From the NCBI GenBank assembly GCA_051362555.1, contig CM120641.1, positions 37,702,401 to 37,766,400 on the forward strand: DNA of 64,000 nucleotides, read 5' to 3'. Every line of letters begins with the position of its first letter. Position 1 is the stretch's first letter. This DNA is from Lingula anatina. Its lineage: Eukaryota > Animalia > Brachiopoda. The notes beneath the pieces were generated by a model, which was not told the origin of the DNA, did no database searches, and saw only the letters and a list, made by a program, of their open reading frames with translations. The translations under genes were made by a program, and so were the position numbers. Below are positions 26,146 to 38,700 of the stretch, piece by piece.

Positions 26146-29044
26146 ATTAATATTATTAAATGTCACACAGCAATGTTTGCATCAGGGTCATAAGGTGATG
26201 AGAGATCAAGCAAACTTGTGAATTATTTCTCAAGATATGATCCCACATGGCTGTGGTGCATAACGATATTTAGTACATTGAAACTTGGGAGTATGTTAAT
26301 ATTAAAGATTTATCAGACATTTTGATACAGTTTTGTCTTCACATACTGTAAATATATGACATTTTTGTATGGTTTGTTCAAAATTTTAGATTGCCATCCA
26401 GCAAGGTCTCCCCTCCAACACTAAAACTGTTGTTGCTGGACTATCTAATAGTTATGCAGATTATGTTGTCACATATGAGGAATATCAGGTAAGCCTGTTA
26501 AATTATTCAAAAAAATCAATTTACATGTATGAATTTTCAGACATTGGCAAAAATTTCAGATTTGAATATCATGATATCATGGATATAATTTTACTGAAAA
26601 GTATGCCAGTTTTTTTTTTTTTTTTTACATCTAACAGCCAATAAACTTTGAAAGGGTTAGGCAAGGATAATTGAATTTAGAATACGGTTGCCTGTCATTG
26701 GGCGTTGCAAATGGGTAACATTGGGAGCATTCACATTTTTCATTTTTGTCAGCATAAAAAAAAAATACAGGCTTAGATAAAATGTGGGCAGAGAGTTACT
26801 CATGTAAATTCTTTAAAAGTGTAATGTTTTTATTTATATGGCTGTGTTGAAATGATGTTAACATGCATGATTACAATATTTTCCCTATGTTGACTACTGA
26901 AAAGCATTTGAAAAAAATGGACAGCACATAGAATTTACCAGGCTTGAATAAATATTAACATGAAATTTGTTTTGGTCTTTGTTATTCAGATTCAGAGATA
27001 TGAAGGTGCATCTACCATATATGGCCCCCATACCTTACTGGCATTTATTCAGAAGTTTAAGGGACTGACAACAGCAATGGCCCAGGTGAGAAAAAAATCC
27101 ACAAAGAATGCAAATAATTAAATAACTCTTCAGGAATTCTAAGATTTGTATTTAAATTATCTTTACATGTGGCATTGAATTCTGAGTGTGCATTAACCTT
27201 ACCATGTGTAATTATGTACATGCTTATACGTGTATATAAATACATGTAGCTTGAATTTTTTCAGCTTAACCAATAGATACCACATTTGAAAATGAAAGTA
27301 TACAGTAGCCTTTGAAACTTTGAAATCTTGTTTTACTTGGTCATAATCCTTATTTTTCTTCTCATTTTAAGGGCTCTACATTGTCATCTGGTCCTAGTAC
27401 TCCAAACTTTCCATCAAAACTGATTTCCTTTCTTACCCCTGTTCTTCATGATAGTCCCCCACTTTTTAGAAGTTTTGGTGATGTAATCAAGCAACCAAAA
27501 TCCAAATACATCCAGGTAATTACTTTTTGTTATTCAGATCTCTTTTTTTTTTCATAATTGAATGTACTCAGAAAAGAATTTATTTTTTGTTTTTTATTGG
27601 CATACATGTAGTTGAACTGATACATTGTTTTGTACAGCATAATTGATATCTTATAGATTTGATATTGATATTTTTCTATTTTTGATACTATATATTCCCT
27701 AAAAGATGAGAAAAATTATTTATCAATATTGTAGGGAGATGTAGTAAAAGTGTCGTTTATCAGTGCAAACCCCAGGAACAATGTAATGGTAAGGATAACT
27801 AAAAAAGCACACAGAGTACAGACCTCTGGCAAGGCAAATCCTTTTTCTTTAACGTTTATCATATTTATATAAATCAGTCAATCAATTAATTAACTCAACT
27901 TTTTATTAATTATAGCTTCATGAATTTTATTAGTGGTGGACTGATTATAAACTAATAAATAAACTAATAAATCAGTCATTTACTCTATCACCACCCAAAT
28001 ATAGCTCATTTTGGACCTATCCTTATTCAAATTTTTTTATCAAAATCCCTTCATAACTGTTTGCCTAATGTTGCTAACAGTCAAACAGATGTTATTAATT
28101 AATCATCAACAAAATCTAATTGTTTGCTACTTGGTTCATTCCTGACAGTTAAAAAAATTAATTAACAGATCATCAGTAAATCATTTTAAGTTAGCCCATT
28201 TCTAACATATCCTGAAGATTTCAAAATCCATCCATAACTTTTTTCAATATTATGAGGATGGTGACAAACAGACAAGCAAAAAGACAAATGGGGGTAAAAA
28301 CATAACCTCTTCAGTGGAGGTTGTGAAAAGTGAAAAAAAATTAGAAGAGAAAAACATTTTATGGTGTATTGTAAAGTAGATTTTCGATATACAAATGAGA
28401 GGCAATGGAGCAGCATATTTTAAAAGTGAAACAGTATTGTGCAAGTTTAAATAGGACAACTTGTCGCTTTTCCTTAATACATGGCTTTGGTTGTGAATAC
28501 ATGTATGTTGGGGATTTCAGAGTGGTAAGAGTTTCCTCACAGTGGAGAAGAAACAGAGTAATGGAAGCTGGAAAACTGTGTTCACTGATGCTGATTGGGA
28601 AACTAGGTAATCAAGTTACAAATTCATTATAATAATAATAATAATTTATTTAGCACTAAAATGTTTCAGTACATTTTGCATATATATTTAGACCTATTAT
28701 CACACCTATTATTTTGAAAATAAAACTTGAAAACTTGTCATTTTCACAATCTTCAAAGTAAAATAACCTTGCAGTGATATAATTTCAAGATAATTCTAAA
28801 TAATATACATTTAGGGTAAATGTGGAAATATACAAATGAAATATAATTTCAATATTTTTACAGTTATTATTGGAAGCGCACATCTACCTTACTGGCGCTG
28901 AGTGTTTCTGAGATTTCATGGAAAATACCAGACCAGCAACCAAAAGGCACTTACCGAATTCGCCATTTTGGAACAGCAAAGAAAATGATTACTGGTTCCT
29001 TGAAATCATTTGTGGGGTCAACTAGAGCATTCCAGGTTGTCTAA
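18043..29044 (+). CDS. ASAH2: Neutral ceramidase copy 2 (tandem paralog, about 699 aa with exon 1a or 696 aa with exon 1b)
   Basis: Exons [18043-18183 or 19242-19373], 20576-20725, 21361-21537, 22681-22808, 22962-23039, 23267-23387, 23586-23708, 23834-23920, 24122-24226, 24405-24486, 24670-24782, 25303-25397, 25767-25806, 26390-26488, 26990-27085, 27372-27515, 27735-27788, 28521-28606, 28864-29044. All internal exon lengths equal those of copy 1. Motifs SGTHTHSGPGG, NINRSPTAY and NEGDVSPN are intact, and the protein ends FQVV*. Confidence 0.95.
18960..19090. repeat. Imperfect inverted repeat (MITE-like relic) upstream of exon 1b
   Basis: ACTTATCCCACGGCTGACGCTTCGAAAAACAGGAT pairs imperfectly with ATCCTATTGTTCGAAGCGCCGGCTGTAGATAAGT. 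Confidence 0.55.
19242..19373 (+). CDS. ASAH2: Ceramidase 2 alternative first exon 1b (signal peptide)
   Basis: Encodes MVDRVSAWKIIFLFYLVTGCYGVAYYYIGSGIADVTGPAAEVNM, then donor GTAAAC, in the same phase as exon 1a. Confidence 0.85.
21320..21356. repeat. (TA)n microsatellite abutting the exon 3 acceptor of ceramidase 2
   Basis: Directly visible. Other microsatellites: (CA)n 24546-24582, (TA)n 26092-26143, (CA)n 31508-31541, (TAAA)n ~35226-35270, (TA)n 40461-40503, (TG)n 40699-40723. Confidence 0.95.
27797..28325 (-). mobile_element. Degenerate Helentron/HINE-type non-autonomous element in ceramidase 2 intron 17
   Basis: The reverse strand begins AACCTCCACTGAAGAGGTTATGTTTTTACCCC..GTCTGTTTGTC, like the element at 46305, and ends CCTTGCCAGAGGTCTGTACTCTGTGTGC..TAGTT. 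Confidence 0.55.
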
Positions 29045-31334
29045 CCAGCTTTTTTTAAGTAAAGGGATTTTCAGACCTATTTGAATTTCCAATACTGGAT
29101 ATTGGGTCATAAGCATGTTTAAATGAAGCAATGAAATTATAAGTAGTAAACTAATTACCAGATTTTACAATTTTAAAATTTTACAATTTCCTTCAAATTA
29201 AATAAAACACAGATTCTCATTATGATCAGTCTAACCAGGAAAACACGCTTTTTTTCTCACTAACCTTTATGTTGCATTCGGTATTCTGAAGCATTTTTAT
29301 TCCAAAACTATGTACATGTACATGTATAATACCATAGGTTTTTTAATTCTAAAATTTTTTACGTTATGGGAAAAAATTCAAGAAAATGTATCATTCACCA
29401 GGTTTTTAATCTAAAACAGGGTTACAACATGTATAAAAACAAACAAATAATAAAAAATGCAACATGTAATAGGTAACTGAAAATATTTCTTATATACGTT
29501 TGACTAGAATACTTCATGCTGAATTTGGTCAGGCTGCACCTGGGGCGGACGATTTTCTTTGGTTGCTAAAATGCGTTGCAGTTGCAAAATGCGGCTTTAC
29601 AACCCTCTTCTTTGATCTTAAAACGTGGATTTGCCTATGCACGAACGTTTTGTTCCGTGTTTGCCGCTTTTTAGTTGCATACCTAGTAATCAGTAGTACA
29701 GAAAAAGTTGGTGACAATTGGCAGACAAGTGCAGAATTACCAAAAAAAAAAAAAAAAATTAAACGAAAGATTGACGCATTTTACGGGTGTTCTTACTTTA
29801 TGTATCTGCTTTTTCTCGTGCCAATATCTTATCCCCTATACTTTTTTCACAAATTTTAAATCTCAGACTCAAAAACCTGGACCAGGGTTTTTCTGAAGTG
29901 GATTTCTTCTCCTTAGCCATAACATATTCCGGATTTTTGGCGTCGGAGACCCGCTCTAACCGCAGCCTCTCAGCTTAAGCATTTCTAGGACCACCACGGA
30001 CAGGTCGGCATGCAACTTACTTGACAAACCCTGATTGGGTCCGTGGGCGTCACCGAGATAAGATGAGTGTACCTAAGTGACGTCAGTAACAATCCTCAGC
30101 GTCCATTGGCTGAGCATTGCACCACAGAGAGAACTGACGAATAAAATCTTATTTGAATGAATAATTTACGCGTTTTACGGACGTTTTTTTCACTCGACAT
30201 TAATTTTTTTCTTTAAGGGCCTTTCTGTGTCAGTACCTAATCTCCTTGCCTTTATTTTCACGGAATTATATTATACCCTCAGATTCTAAAACCCTTTTAA
30301 TCTTTGAGAGGCATACGTTTGTTTACTCAAACCTCTTGACACAATTAAAAACTTTTAACTATTACTTTGCAGTGAAGGCAAGGAAGTTCGTCCATGAAAT
30401 AACACAACAATTGAACCTTAAATGTTTATTTAAAGCAAAAGTGCACAAAAAAGAAATTAAATGATATATGTATATAATTGTAATTGAACCTCCCAATTAA
30501 TTTTGTGGGCGTTTTCTTGATTCCGTCCAATTTGTTTGCCTACATTGTGGACCAACATACCGGAATTCACATTACAAACTGTCTCAAAGCAACATCAACC
30601 TGTATGACAAATACCACACAAAATTCTGCTAAATACTTCTACACAAAGTCAAATATTTAGACTGGAAAAAGGTAAGAACTTCTTGAACTTCATCGTTCAG
30701 CAACTGTGCCGAAAGTCTGCTCTGTGTAGAATAACTCAAAATGAATGAGAAAACGTCAAATAAAAGAAGCGCTGCAGTCCCGCCATAGTACCCGCTGTGG
30801 TTGGATAATCGTTGTCCAGTTCCGTTAAAGCTCTCTCTGTCCGAAGTCCGATGTGGCTGACCATGATTCTTGATTCTGTCCACCTTACATTTTCCATTCA
30901 CGGGAGGGAGTGACTGTAAAAAAGGATCTTTTAAGTTATTTAAAAAGAAATTGGGGAATTATTAATTTTATTGTTTGATTCTCTTCATAGATTAAAACCA
31001 CTAGCTAGGCTACAAGGCACATTTAACCACTGGTATCTATTTTATCTATATAAAATAGATTGTTTTAATCTGATAACAGTTCATCCAAGGGTTCACCCTA
31101 TACCCTTCATAGCCCCTTTTTCAAAATATACCACGTTATAATAGGATTAATGATAATGTTTATTGGAACAAGCACAATGGTTGCAAAGACAACGGCCTAG
31201 CGTGTAAATTTTAATTTAAATGTTATGCATTAAAAGGTAGGTTAAGTTGCACGGATCACTGCATAAGTATTAAATAGACATTCGTAATTTGATATTGGTG
31301 ACAAAGAGAGCCTCTATTTTCCAAGTCTCCTCAC

Positions 31335-31504
31335 CTAGTCGTTCGATTTGTCGCCGTCGTTGTCACCACATGGTCCGGCTGTATTACCGATCCACCTTGG
31401 TTCAGCAACGGTTATTTTCACACAGCGACCAGGGCCAATAGTAATGTCAACTTGCTGGACAGGGCACTTAACAAAATATATCCAAAGGGTAATTAATAGG
31501 GATG

Positions 31505-31543
<39 letters not shown>

Positions 31544-32641
31544 GAAAAATATCTTAAGTTCAAAGATCACATAGAGTAATATTTGCCAGAGATTTGGGCA
31601 TTAAAAAGTTTGAAACACTTTTTTTGCATTAGCGTCACGATATATTTATTTTCACTGCTATTGCTAGTAAAACATTTCATTTATCGAAAAGAAACGCTGA
31701 CATAACAGAAACAATTTCCCTTCTTGTTTGCTTTACGTTTTCTATTTATTGGTGCGCTTATTTTTGTCTATTCCTTTGTGATAAATGTGGAAAACTTACA
31801 TCGAATACTTGTACTGGACCGAGGTGTGAAACTGAAGCCATGTCAACCGAGTCCACGTGGTCAGTTCCATCAACCAATCTGCAAGTGAAACTCACTGTTA
31901 GAAGTTTCGTCCTTGGTCCACCCTTATGAAACTCTGTGAGGGCTGTAACCATCCAGCCAGGCGGGTTATTCACGTTATCTTTTGCAAGAACATGCCACTT
32001 ACCGGGAACCAAGTTAACAGGTCCCCTCTTTCCATCAAAAGTTATGAAGTGCGGGTCCCCACAAACAGTGCAGTTATCTGTAGGAAATAAATAAACAAGT
32101 GTCAGTAACACATTTTATGAATACATTTTCAAACAACATGGCATGTACAAGGGTATCTAATGTGTTAACATAAATCTCAGTAAAACTAATTGGTCGTAAT
32201 TGAATCTTAAAAGATGCATACTTACGCAGGGATAATAAAAGCTGTTACCATCTTATAGAAAAAAGAAAATTCATCAAATTTTCATTTCCCCTTAATCAAC
32301 CAGACACACATTATCTTTGAAAAATATCCTTCCCGACCAGGAATTCCTGAGTAGTGGGGAGTTCATTAAAACTTTTTATGATAAATGCATTGTGCAGATT
32401 GACTGAGCAAAATGCATACAGCGTTGAAGGTACATATAGTTTTTTATATTTGTTGTTTTTTAACAACAATGATATATTAGAATGACAGTTGGATTAGATT
32501 TCAAATAATGTCTACAAAATGCTAGTTTTTCTGTCTTGCTACATGAAAAACGTGACACTCACCTGTTGCAATAAACCCTTGGCTACTGCCTTTACCAAGC
32601 ACTGCCATCAAAATGAGAACTACCGGTACATAGGTCTGCAT
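31335..32641 (-). CDS. Small secreted protein with a single von Willebrand factor type D (VWD)-like domain, 162 aa
   Basis: Exons 32641-32563, 32077-31800 and 31466-31335 join in frame (489 nt). Signal peptide MQTYVPVVLILMAVLGKGSS, VWD N-terminal motif CTVCGDPHFITFDGK, VWD C-terminal motif TAGPCGDNDGDKSND*. A probable further exon starts at 30913 (TTTTTTACAG acceptor), with AATAAA near 30430. Confidence 0.85.
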
Positions 32642-35229
32642 GGTCCCTGTAATGGTTATAATCAGTTGTTACTGTCAGAATGAAAGTGTTGTCTATCTAG
32701 ACCCAAGCATGCTCCGTAGATATATACAGGGTATATATATATACACACACGGACACCCACACACCCACAGAAGGTGTATCTGGTAAAACGTGATTGGTGA
32801 CTTGGGTCTTAGTATTTGATTTAGATCATTAGAATGATAGATTGACAGATGACGTTTTGCGGTTATATTTATTTGAATACGACGTACATTCTATAGGAAG
32901 GGAACACACTTTTACAGTTCAAGAAAAAGAAACATTTTAAAATGGTCATTAAAGTTTTCATTGAAAGGGAAGAAGAAAATATTATTTCGGTAAGTAAAAA
33001 CAACAAACTATTCACCATGACCCCGACGTATTGAAAATAATATCATGATGGACATGACAAAACCTCTTACGCTCGGACTAGATATAAGACTGTCAGTTTT
33101 ATTGTCCCATACTCATACTCATGGATATTTATACGGGGAACGTGGACAAGATTTTTCATTTACAAATGTCCAAACAGAAATTTCATTGGATTTTCAATTT
33201 TATTTTAAAATACCTTCACCGTCTCCCAGTAAGGCAACGAATTTTTAAAAAATGTATCATTACCCTGCCTGCCCGCTACCATTTACACGTAATTATTGTG
33301 TTTCTTGATATTTAGACGACTAAACGTTGGAAGTTGGGGCAATAACATCAAATGGACCAGTTTATGTTACAATACAACAAATCAATTCTACACTGAGACA
33401 CATTACATATGGACAGATTGGACTGATGAATTACAAGATGTGTGTTTATTGTATGCTTGGTTTCAAAGATTTCTGTAATGTCACATCAGCTAGAAATAAT
33501 CGCAAAAAAAAAGCAATTTGACCACACCTCAAAATTTTCTAAAGTACAATTAACGTTTGTTTAAACTGATTATTTTTGCGAAAGGCCCGTTTTGTGGTAA
33601 GGACTGGGGGCTTAAAAATGGCTGCTTCCCAATAGTCTTAGAACTGACGATAATTGACAGCCAGCAAGAGACTTTTTTTACACCACAGAAAATACTAGTT
33701 CTTTCTTGTTGCAACAGGTGATATCAGCAGATGGCGTGGGATTCATCTGCATGCACAACTGCGTAGACAAAAATGTAGTTATTTATTCTTTATCTATTCT
33801 CCATCTATAAAGTGTATACAAATCTTATAAAAATAAATAATAAATAATAACAAAGCAGATGTGTAAATATGTAGCTGTTGTCCATCTATTTTACCTCTAT
33901 ATCTTTGGTAAAGCTGTATACAACCCTTAAAAAAGAAAAGAAAACAAAGATGCAATACACATAAAAGAATGCTTATACTTAAATTGACTGAATTGTTGGG
34001 CATGAAGTAGCCCCTGTAATTGTGATTAGGCTGGGTAATATGAAGTACCATTCAAATATTGTCAAAGGCGATGATCTTAAAGCAACAAATAGGCCCCCAA
34101 CAAGAATTTACTCAAATGTTTCAACATATCTAAATATCTAACTGTACTGTTTGAAATATAATTTGAATGATTCAAATGTAAAAACTTAAAATGGAATATC
34201 TATCGCTAACAAAGATGATGTCTGTCACTTCCTGGGTTGATTTGGGTCCTTCATAATATTGGCATACCAATATATGATAAACGCTGCTTCATCTCTAAAC
34301 AAAAATATTTGTTTTTAAGTGATTTTAAAGAAGGTATTTGATTTTGAAATTCTCAGTGTCTAAATGTCAACATCGCAAAAGTTCAGTTTAGTTACTCAAT
34401 GAGATGAAACTGTAAATTTCATTTACAACAAGTTTCCATCTTTCAGATTCAAAATTCAAAATTAAGCACTAATACATGTTTTTCTCCCAATTTTATTACC
34501 AGGGTTTTTCAATCAGCAAATACAAAATGGCTGACGAAGGCAATTTTACTGTACACTGTACTAGTATAGAACTCACAGATGAATACTTTATTTTACTTCA
34601 TTTATTTATTTGTTTATTTTTTTTTTTGGGGGGGGGGGGTTAGTTTCACTTTGTCTACTGATATTGGGGTGTTAGAGAGGGGGAGAGTGAGATGTCGACT
34701 CTACATATGTGTGTCTGGGGAGGGGGTGGGCCATGTACATGATTGAAGCATCTGCAACCATGCAAATTCTGAATTCTGACTACATGAACGTTTACATGAT
34801 ACCAATGAACCTTGGTCACCCGGTTAGACAGAAGGACCAAAATTTAGGGGACTCCCTTCTGGCCTGCTAATCTAAGCTGCTAATGATGCCCAGATATGTT
34901 TCAAAATGTTTCCTCTGGAGTAAAATTTCACTCATTTTGGTCAAATCCATGATAAAAGAATGAAATGACAGGACAATCGGGGAACATCATTCTGATTTAC
35001 GATTTTAGGAACCCAGCACGCACGTTAAATAAAGTTGAACCCTTTTTTATCACAAAGCTTCACTCAGCAAATATGAAACGGTAGACGAGGACAACATTAC
35101 TTTATATATTTGGAAATTGTTTTGTTTTATCTTTAAAGAAGCTGAAATAAAATATTCTTAAAAGAGTGAAATTCAACTTCTGAAAAAAATTTTTTCCGTT
35201 ATTATGCATGTCGTTTACTCAAAGGTTAA

Positions 35230-35268
<39 letters not shown>

Positions 35269-35786
35269 ATATATGAATGAATAAAGTAACAGTGCTAGGA
35301 AGGATACCCGTTGCAAAATCCTATGTTTCCAGATGAATTTATTATTTTTTTCTAATTTTGCTATTCAGAAATAAAATTGTGCAAACTATAAAATACAATA
35401 GAAATTCTAAAAACTGTCATAAAATGCTTTTATAAAAAATCAAAATGACAGAGCAACATTTTGGAGATGTTTTGCTCTTGCAAAGAGCACGATATCTTCA
35501 AATATTTAAGTGGAATTAAAATTAAAGCTTCAGGATATACATATTGCAAAGCAAGAGTGGAGCTATTCTAAATTAACTTGAATGAAAGGAATCCAACGCA
35601 TAACCTGGAAAACTAATTTCCACTTGTGGTCACAGAGCCATATAATATCACCTGATGGTGTGGTTTAATCTCCATGCAAAGCTGTGTTAATAAAAGCTGT
35701 CATGATAATATTTTAAATTTAAATTTCTGTATAATAGCTTAATTCTACCCTCTACCAGGGTGGCAGATATTATAGGCACATTTCAA

Positions 35787-38700
35787 AAACACCGATATTG
35801 ACAAGGGGTCAAATAATAATAATAATATAGGAAAAGTCTTTTTTCTTTTTTGTTTGAAATCAGTTATAATTAATACTGCTCTCTAATGTGATCCTTCTGG
35901 CAAAATCTGCAGATCGGGCGGAGGGTTGAAGCCTCACAAAAGATTCTGCTCCTGATGAACAATGTCTTCATCGTTTGTGATGTACTACCGTGGCATGATC
36001 ACATATACTACCCGAATTTTGCCCTCATGTAAAAATTTGGGTTATTTGGTGGAATGTGGGGTTGGAATGTTTTTTCCTTTCGTGACGACAAAGACAGTTT
36101 TGATGTTAAATTTGTTTCTTCAGATGACACTAAATACTTTAAGCATTTGCATCCATATGCTTTTCTCAGTTAATCTGTTCACGTGTACATTTTTTTACAC
36201 AACATGTATATGCCAGTTGCTCAAGTGCAAATGGTGAGAACTGAAGTACAGTAAAAGTCCTTAAGAGTGGAATGCAACTTCTGAAAATAAATTATTTCTG
36301 TAATTATGCATTTGCATGACTTTTAATCAAAAGAAAATAAACTACAGTGCTAGGAAGGATGCACGTTGCAACATTCTATGTTTTCAGATGTATTTTAATT
36401 TTGCTATTCAGAAATACTGGCTAAAATTGTGCAAACAAAGAAATACAATAGACATTTCAAACACTGTCAAAAGGCTTTTTAAAAAGAATCAAAATTGAAG
36501 ACCAATATTTTGGAGATGTTTTGATATTGCAAAGAGCAGGATATCTCCAAATATTTTAACGGAATCAAAATAAAGGTTTCAGGATATACATATAGAAAAG
36601 CAAAAATGGAGCCAATTTAATTTAATTTGAATGAAAGGAATCCAAACATAACCGTGAAAACTATTTTTCACTTGTGTTCACAGAGTCATATAATACCAGC
36701 TGATGGTGTGGTTTAATTTTCATGCAAATCTGTGTAAAGGAGAATTCTCATGATAATATTTTTGTATGATAGCTGAAATCTGGGCTGCAAGTCTCAAGGA
36801 TACTGTGTACATACCTCAAAAATACAAAGATACACAGTATGTCGTAAGTTGAGGACTGAGAGGAGGCTTAAAAAACCGTTGCTCGCCGATAAGGCCAGAG
36901 TTTCCAACGATTGCCAGTCAGTGACAGTTTTCATTGTTACAGCATGTTCCACCTTACTACACCTATCTGTTTCTCATTTTTTGCCGCTTTTCGATGAAAG
37001 CAGCGGGTGTTGTGGATTTCTAGCATAACCTACCCTATAGGCCTATCTATATAGTGTATACAGAGTAAACACATTTGAAAAATAAAAAAAATGGAATAAA
37101 AAACAGCGACTAAAGATGCAGATTCTACGAAATTTAGGTGAATAAATTTAATATTAAAGATAAAAAGTTATCTGAACAACTTTTCGCAACTATTCTCAGT
37201 AAGTACAAGATGCTAGTGTGACACTGGCAGAGAGCCTCAGATTATGATAGCATATGACACAACACATATTTCACTAAGGTATCAGAAACAGTGAAGTTAA
37301 AACTAGGTTGGGTAACGTAATGGTCAATTAATTTTTTTTTTTTTTTTTTTTTTTTTGTCTTTGAGGGCCTTGGGGCTGATCTGGGATTTTGAAGAGAGTC
37401 CCAGCAAGAGTTCAACTGAAAATTTTCAGTGTGACCAAACTTCCACGTTTTGCCTTCATATTGCGTCGTGATCCCAATGCAAACATAAAACATTAATGTC
37501 ACTGTGGCGGCATGCAAACTACAGTGTGGTCGCTTTCATACTCGATCGCAGAGATTAGCTTTTTTTAATAAGTTTAATTGCGCTACTGAAGATATATATA
37601 TATATATATATGATTCATGCACATCTGTGACCCAGCATAAAATTTTGCAACCTACACGTAACTGTAGGGCGACGTTTTCTCATTAAGAGGGGGGGGGGGT
37701 ATCTCGGAAGGCCCTGGTGTCCAACAAGGGTATATTGAGAGCCAGTTACACGACACAGCTCTGCTCCCAGTTGGTATAAGGTGGATTTACCCAAATACCT
37801 GAACCCGCTAGAAGTGTTTACTCTCCTTCTTTGATTGTGAATTCATCTACTGGGTGATGGATGAGGCAGAAGAGAAACGGTAGGCAACTGGAAGAAAGGA
37901 TTGATGTTCGAAAGACTGAAAATGATGCGATGATTCTGTAAAAAGATGCTGATTTTGAAAAAGTCGTAGATAATAGATATGGCATTTATGTTATTTGTAA
38001 TGAGAAGAAACATGGGACTGGTAGAAATAGTTGCAGATTCAGAAGATCTTGGGTTAAGCATATACAAATTATGTCTGAAATATTTTTATGACATAATACC
38101 TGATAAACCCTAAATCTCAGTTCACTAGTTTAACACGATTTTTTTGCTATGTATTTCACCAAAGAAAAAACTTCTACCGTTATATTCCCCCTCCCGTGCC
38201 TCAGTAAAAAGCAATTTCATCTGGAACCTGGGTTGGGAAAAAACACCGATATTGACAAGGGGCCAAATAATAATATAGGAAGAGGCCTTTTTCTTTTTTT
38301 GATTGCAATCAGTTATAATTAAGACCCCATTCCCGTAGATTTTAGATCGATCTATCCCTGTGGGGAGTCTCACTAGATTACTGTCAGCTTAGCCAGCTTA
38401 AGCGTCTGTCCCGCCTACTAAAAGCTGTAAGGGGGTAATTAACTAAGGTGCGCGCTCGGCTGACTACAATTTAGCGTGGACCCCCAGGGAGTTCGGTCGA
38501 TCTAAATCTAAATCTCTGGATCAATCTAAATCTCTGGGAATGCACCCTAAGACTGCTCTCAGATGCGATTCTTGTGGCAAAATCTGCAGATCGGGCGGAG
38601 GATGGAAGCCTCATAAAAAATTCTGCTCCTGATGAACAATGTCTTCATCGTTTGCGATTGACTACCAGCACATAATTAAATCACATACTACCTGACTTTT

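Noticed and set aside
4257-29044. Ceramidase duplication as an uncollapsed haplotype artefact
   Set aside because: Introns are largely unalignable and many exons are strongly diverged, far beyond allelic variation.
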